NCBI RefSeq assembly: GCF_963921235.1
Contig: NC_086097.1
Span: 79,362,001-79,426,000, forward strand
Reading direction: 5' to 3'
DNA: 64,000 nt
From: Mobula hypostoma
Taxonomy: Eukaryota
Both the position numbers and the translations under genes were made by a program. Below are positions 63,385 through 64,000 of this stretch, piece after piece. A model generated the notes under the pieces. It saw only the letters and a list, made by a program, of their open reading frames with translations, had not been told where the DNA came from and did not search any database. How positions within the stretch are numbered: position 1 is the stretch's first letter; every line of letters begins with the position of its first letter.

Positions 63385-64000
63385 AGTTTGGAGGGCGGAG
63401 CTTAGTCAAGATGGCGCTAAACAGCGGCTCCTCTGCTTGCATCTTTGGAAACAGCTCTATTTCCATCATTAATATTATTTTTCCCTTTCAGGGTTCTTTT
63501 GAAGACCCTGACCTGGAGTTACACGCTGACTACTGTCGGGAATGGGACCAGCTCTCGGGTTTCAGGACTAGCCGTTATTTGACATGCCAATGACACGACC
63601 TAAGAGAGCTCGCCTTCGGAGGTCAAGGTCTCGTGGCTCTGGAGACGGGCGGATCGAAGGTCGGTGTCCCGGCAGGAGATCAGTGTGTCGTGGGAGTCAG
63701 AAGATCTCAGGCTGTGTGCCCAGAGACCTGAGATCTTGGGGCACATGGCTTGGAAAAAGCGATACAATGGACTTTTAACATTGTAAACCAGTGAATTGTT
63801 TGTTATGTCTCCCCTCTCACTGTGAAACGGAGACATCCCTTTCTCCCTTATTAGGGAGAGAGAACCTGTGGCATGTCAAATACCATGTGAACGAGTAGTC
63901 TTTGGAGTGCTGCAAGTCTGTGTCTTTGCTGTTGCTTTGCTGCACGCTTGAGTGCTCAGTGGTGGGTGCCGATGCTTTTTTTTTGCTGGTGGCGGGGGTG
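63385..64000 (+). repeat. 5' part of an interspersed repeat related to 630-1480 (runs off the window)
   Basis: gggcggagcttagtcaagatggcgct start and shared internal motifs; it interrupts the Gypsy leader. Confidence 0.45.

Overview
This is eukaryotic, vertebrate-type genomic DNA. The repeat content (CR1 LINEs with an esterase ORF1, Rex1/Babar, RTE, V-SINE/HE1-like SINE, abundant Penelope-like pLTR fragments) suggests a cartilaginous fish, probably a ray; that assignment is inference. Most of the window is nested, decayed transposable elements, and I could not identify any host protein-coding exon. The one host landmark is a CpG island at ~16.95-17.83 kb with promoter motifs and a minus-strand GTAAGT donor, a probable non-coding first exon. 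Main structures: (1) a ~4.0 kb (3997-bp period) tandem duplication whose middle CR1 copy is a chimera of the two outer copies, with the switch point mappable to ~150 bp; (2) a minus-strand endogenous retrovirus (42518-51543) with two LTRs, a tRNA-Pro PBS, a PPT and gag/protease/RNase H/integrase-C-terminus remnants, but no visible RT or env, and four nested insertions; (3) a near-complete SPIN/OC1-like hAT transposon inside the ERV 3' LTR; (4) many Penelope-type minimal hammerhead ribozyme motifs, one with an intact core; (5) a degenerate Gypsy (Mag/K02A2.6-like) element and a minisatellite-rich solo LTR. All calls are by eye. I found no convincing new biological system, and the findings are instructive cases of known element classes.
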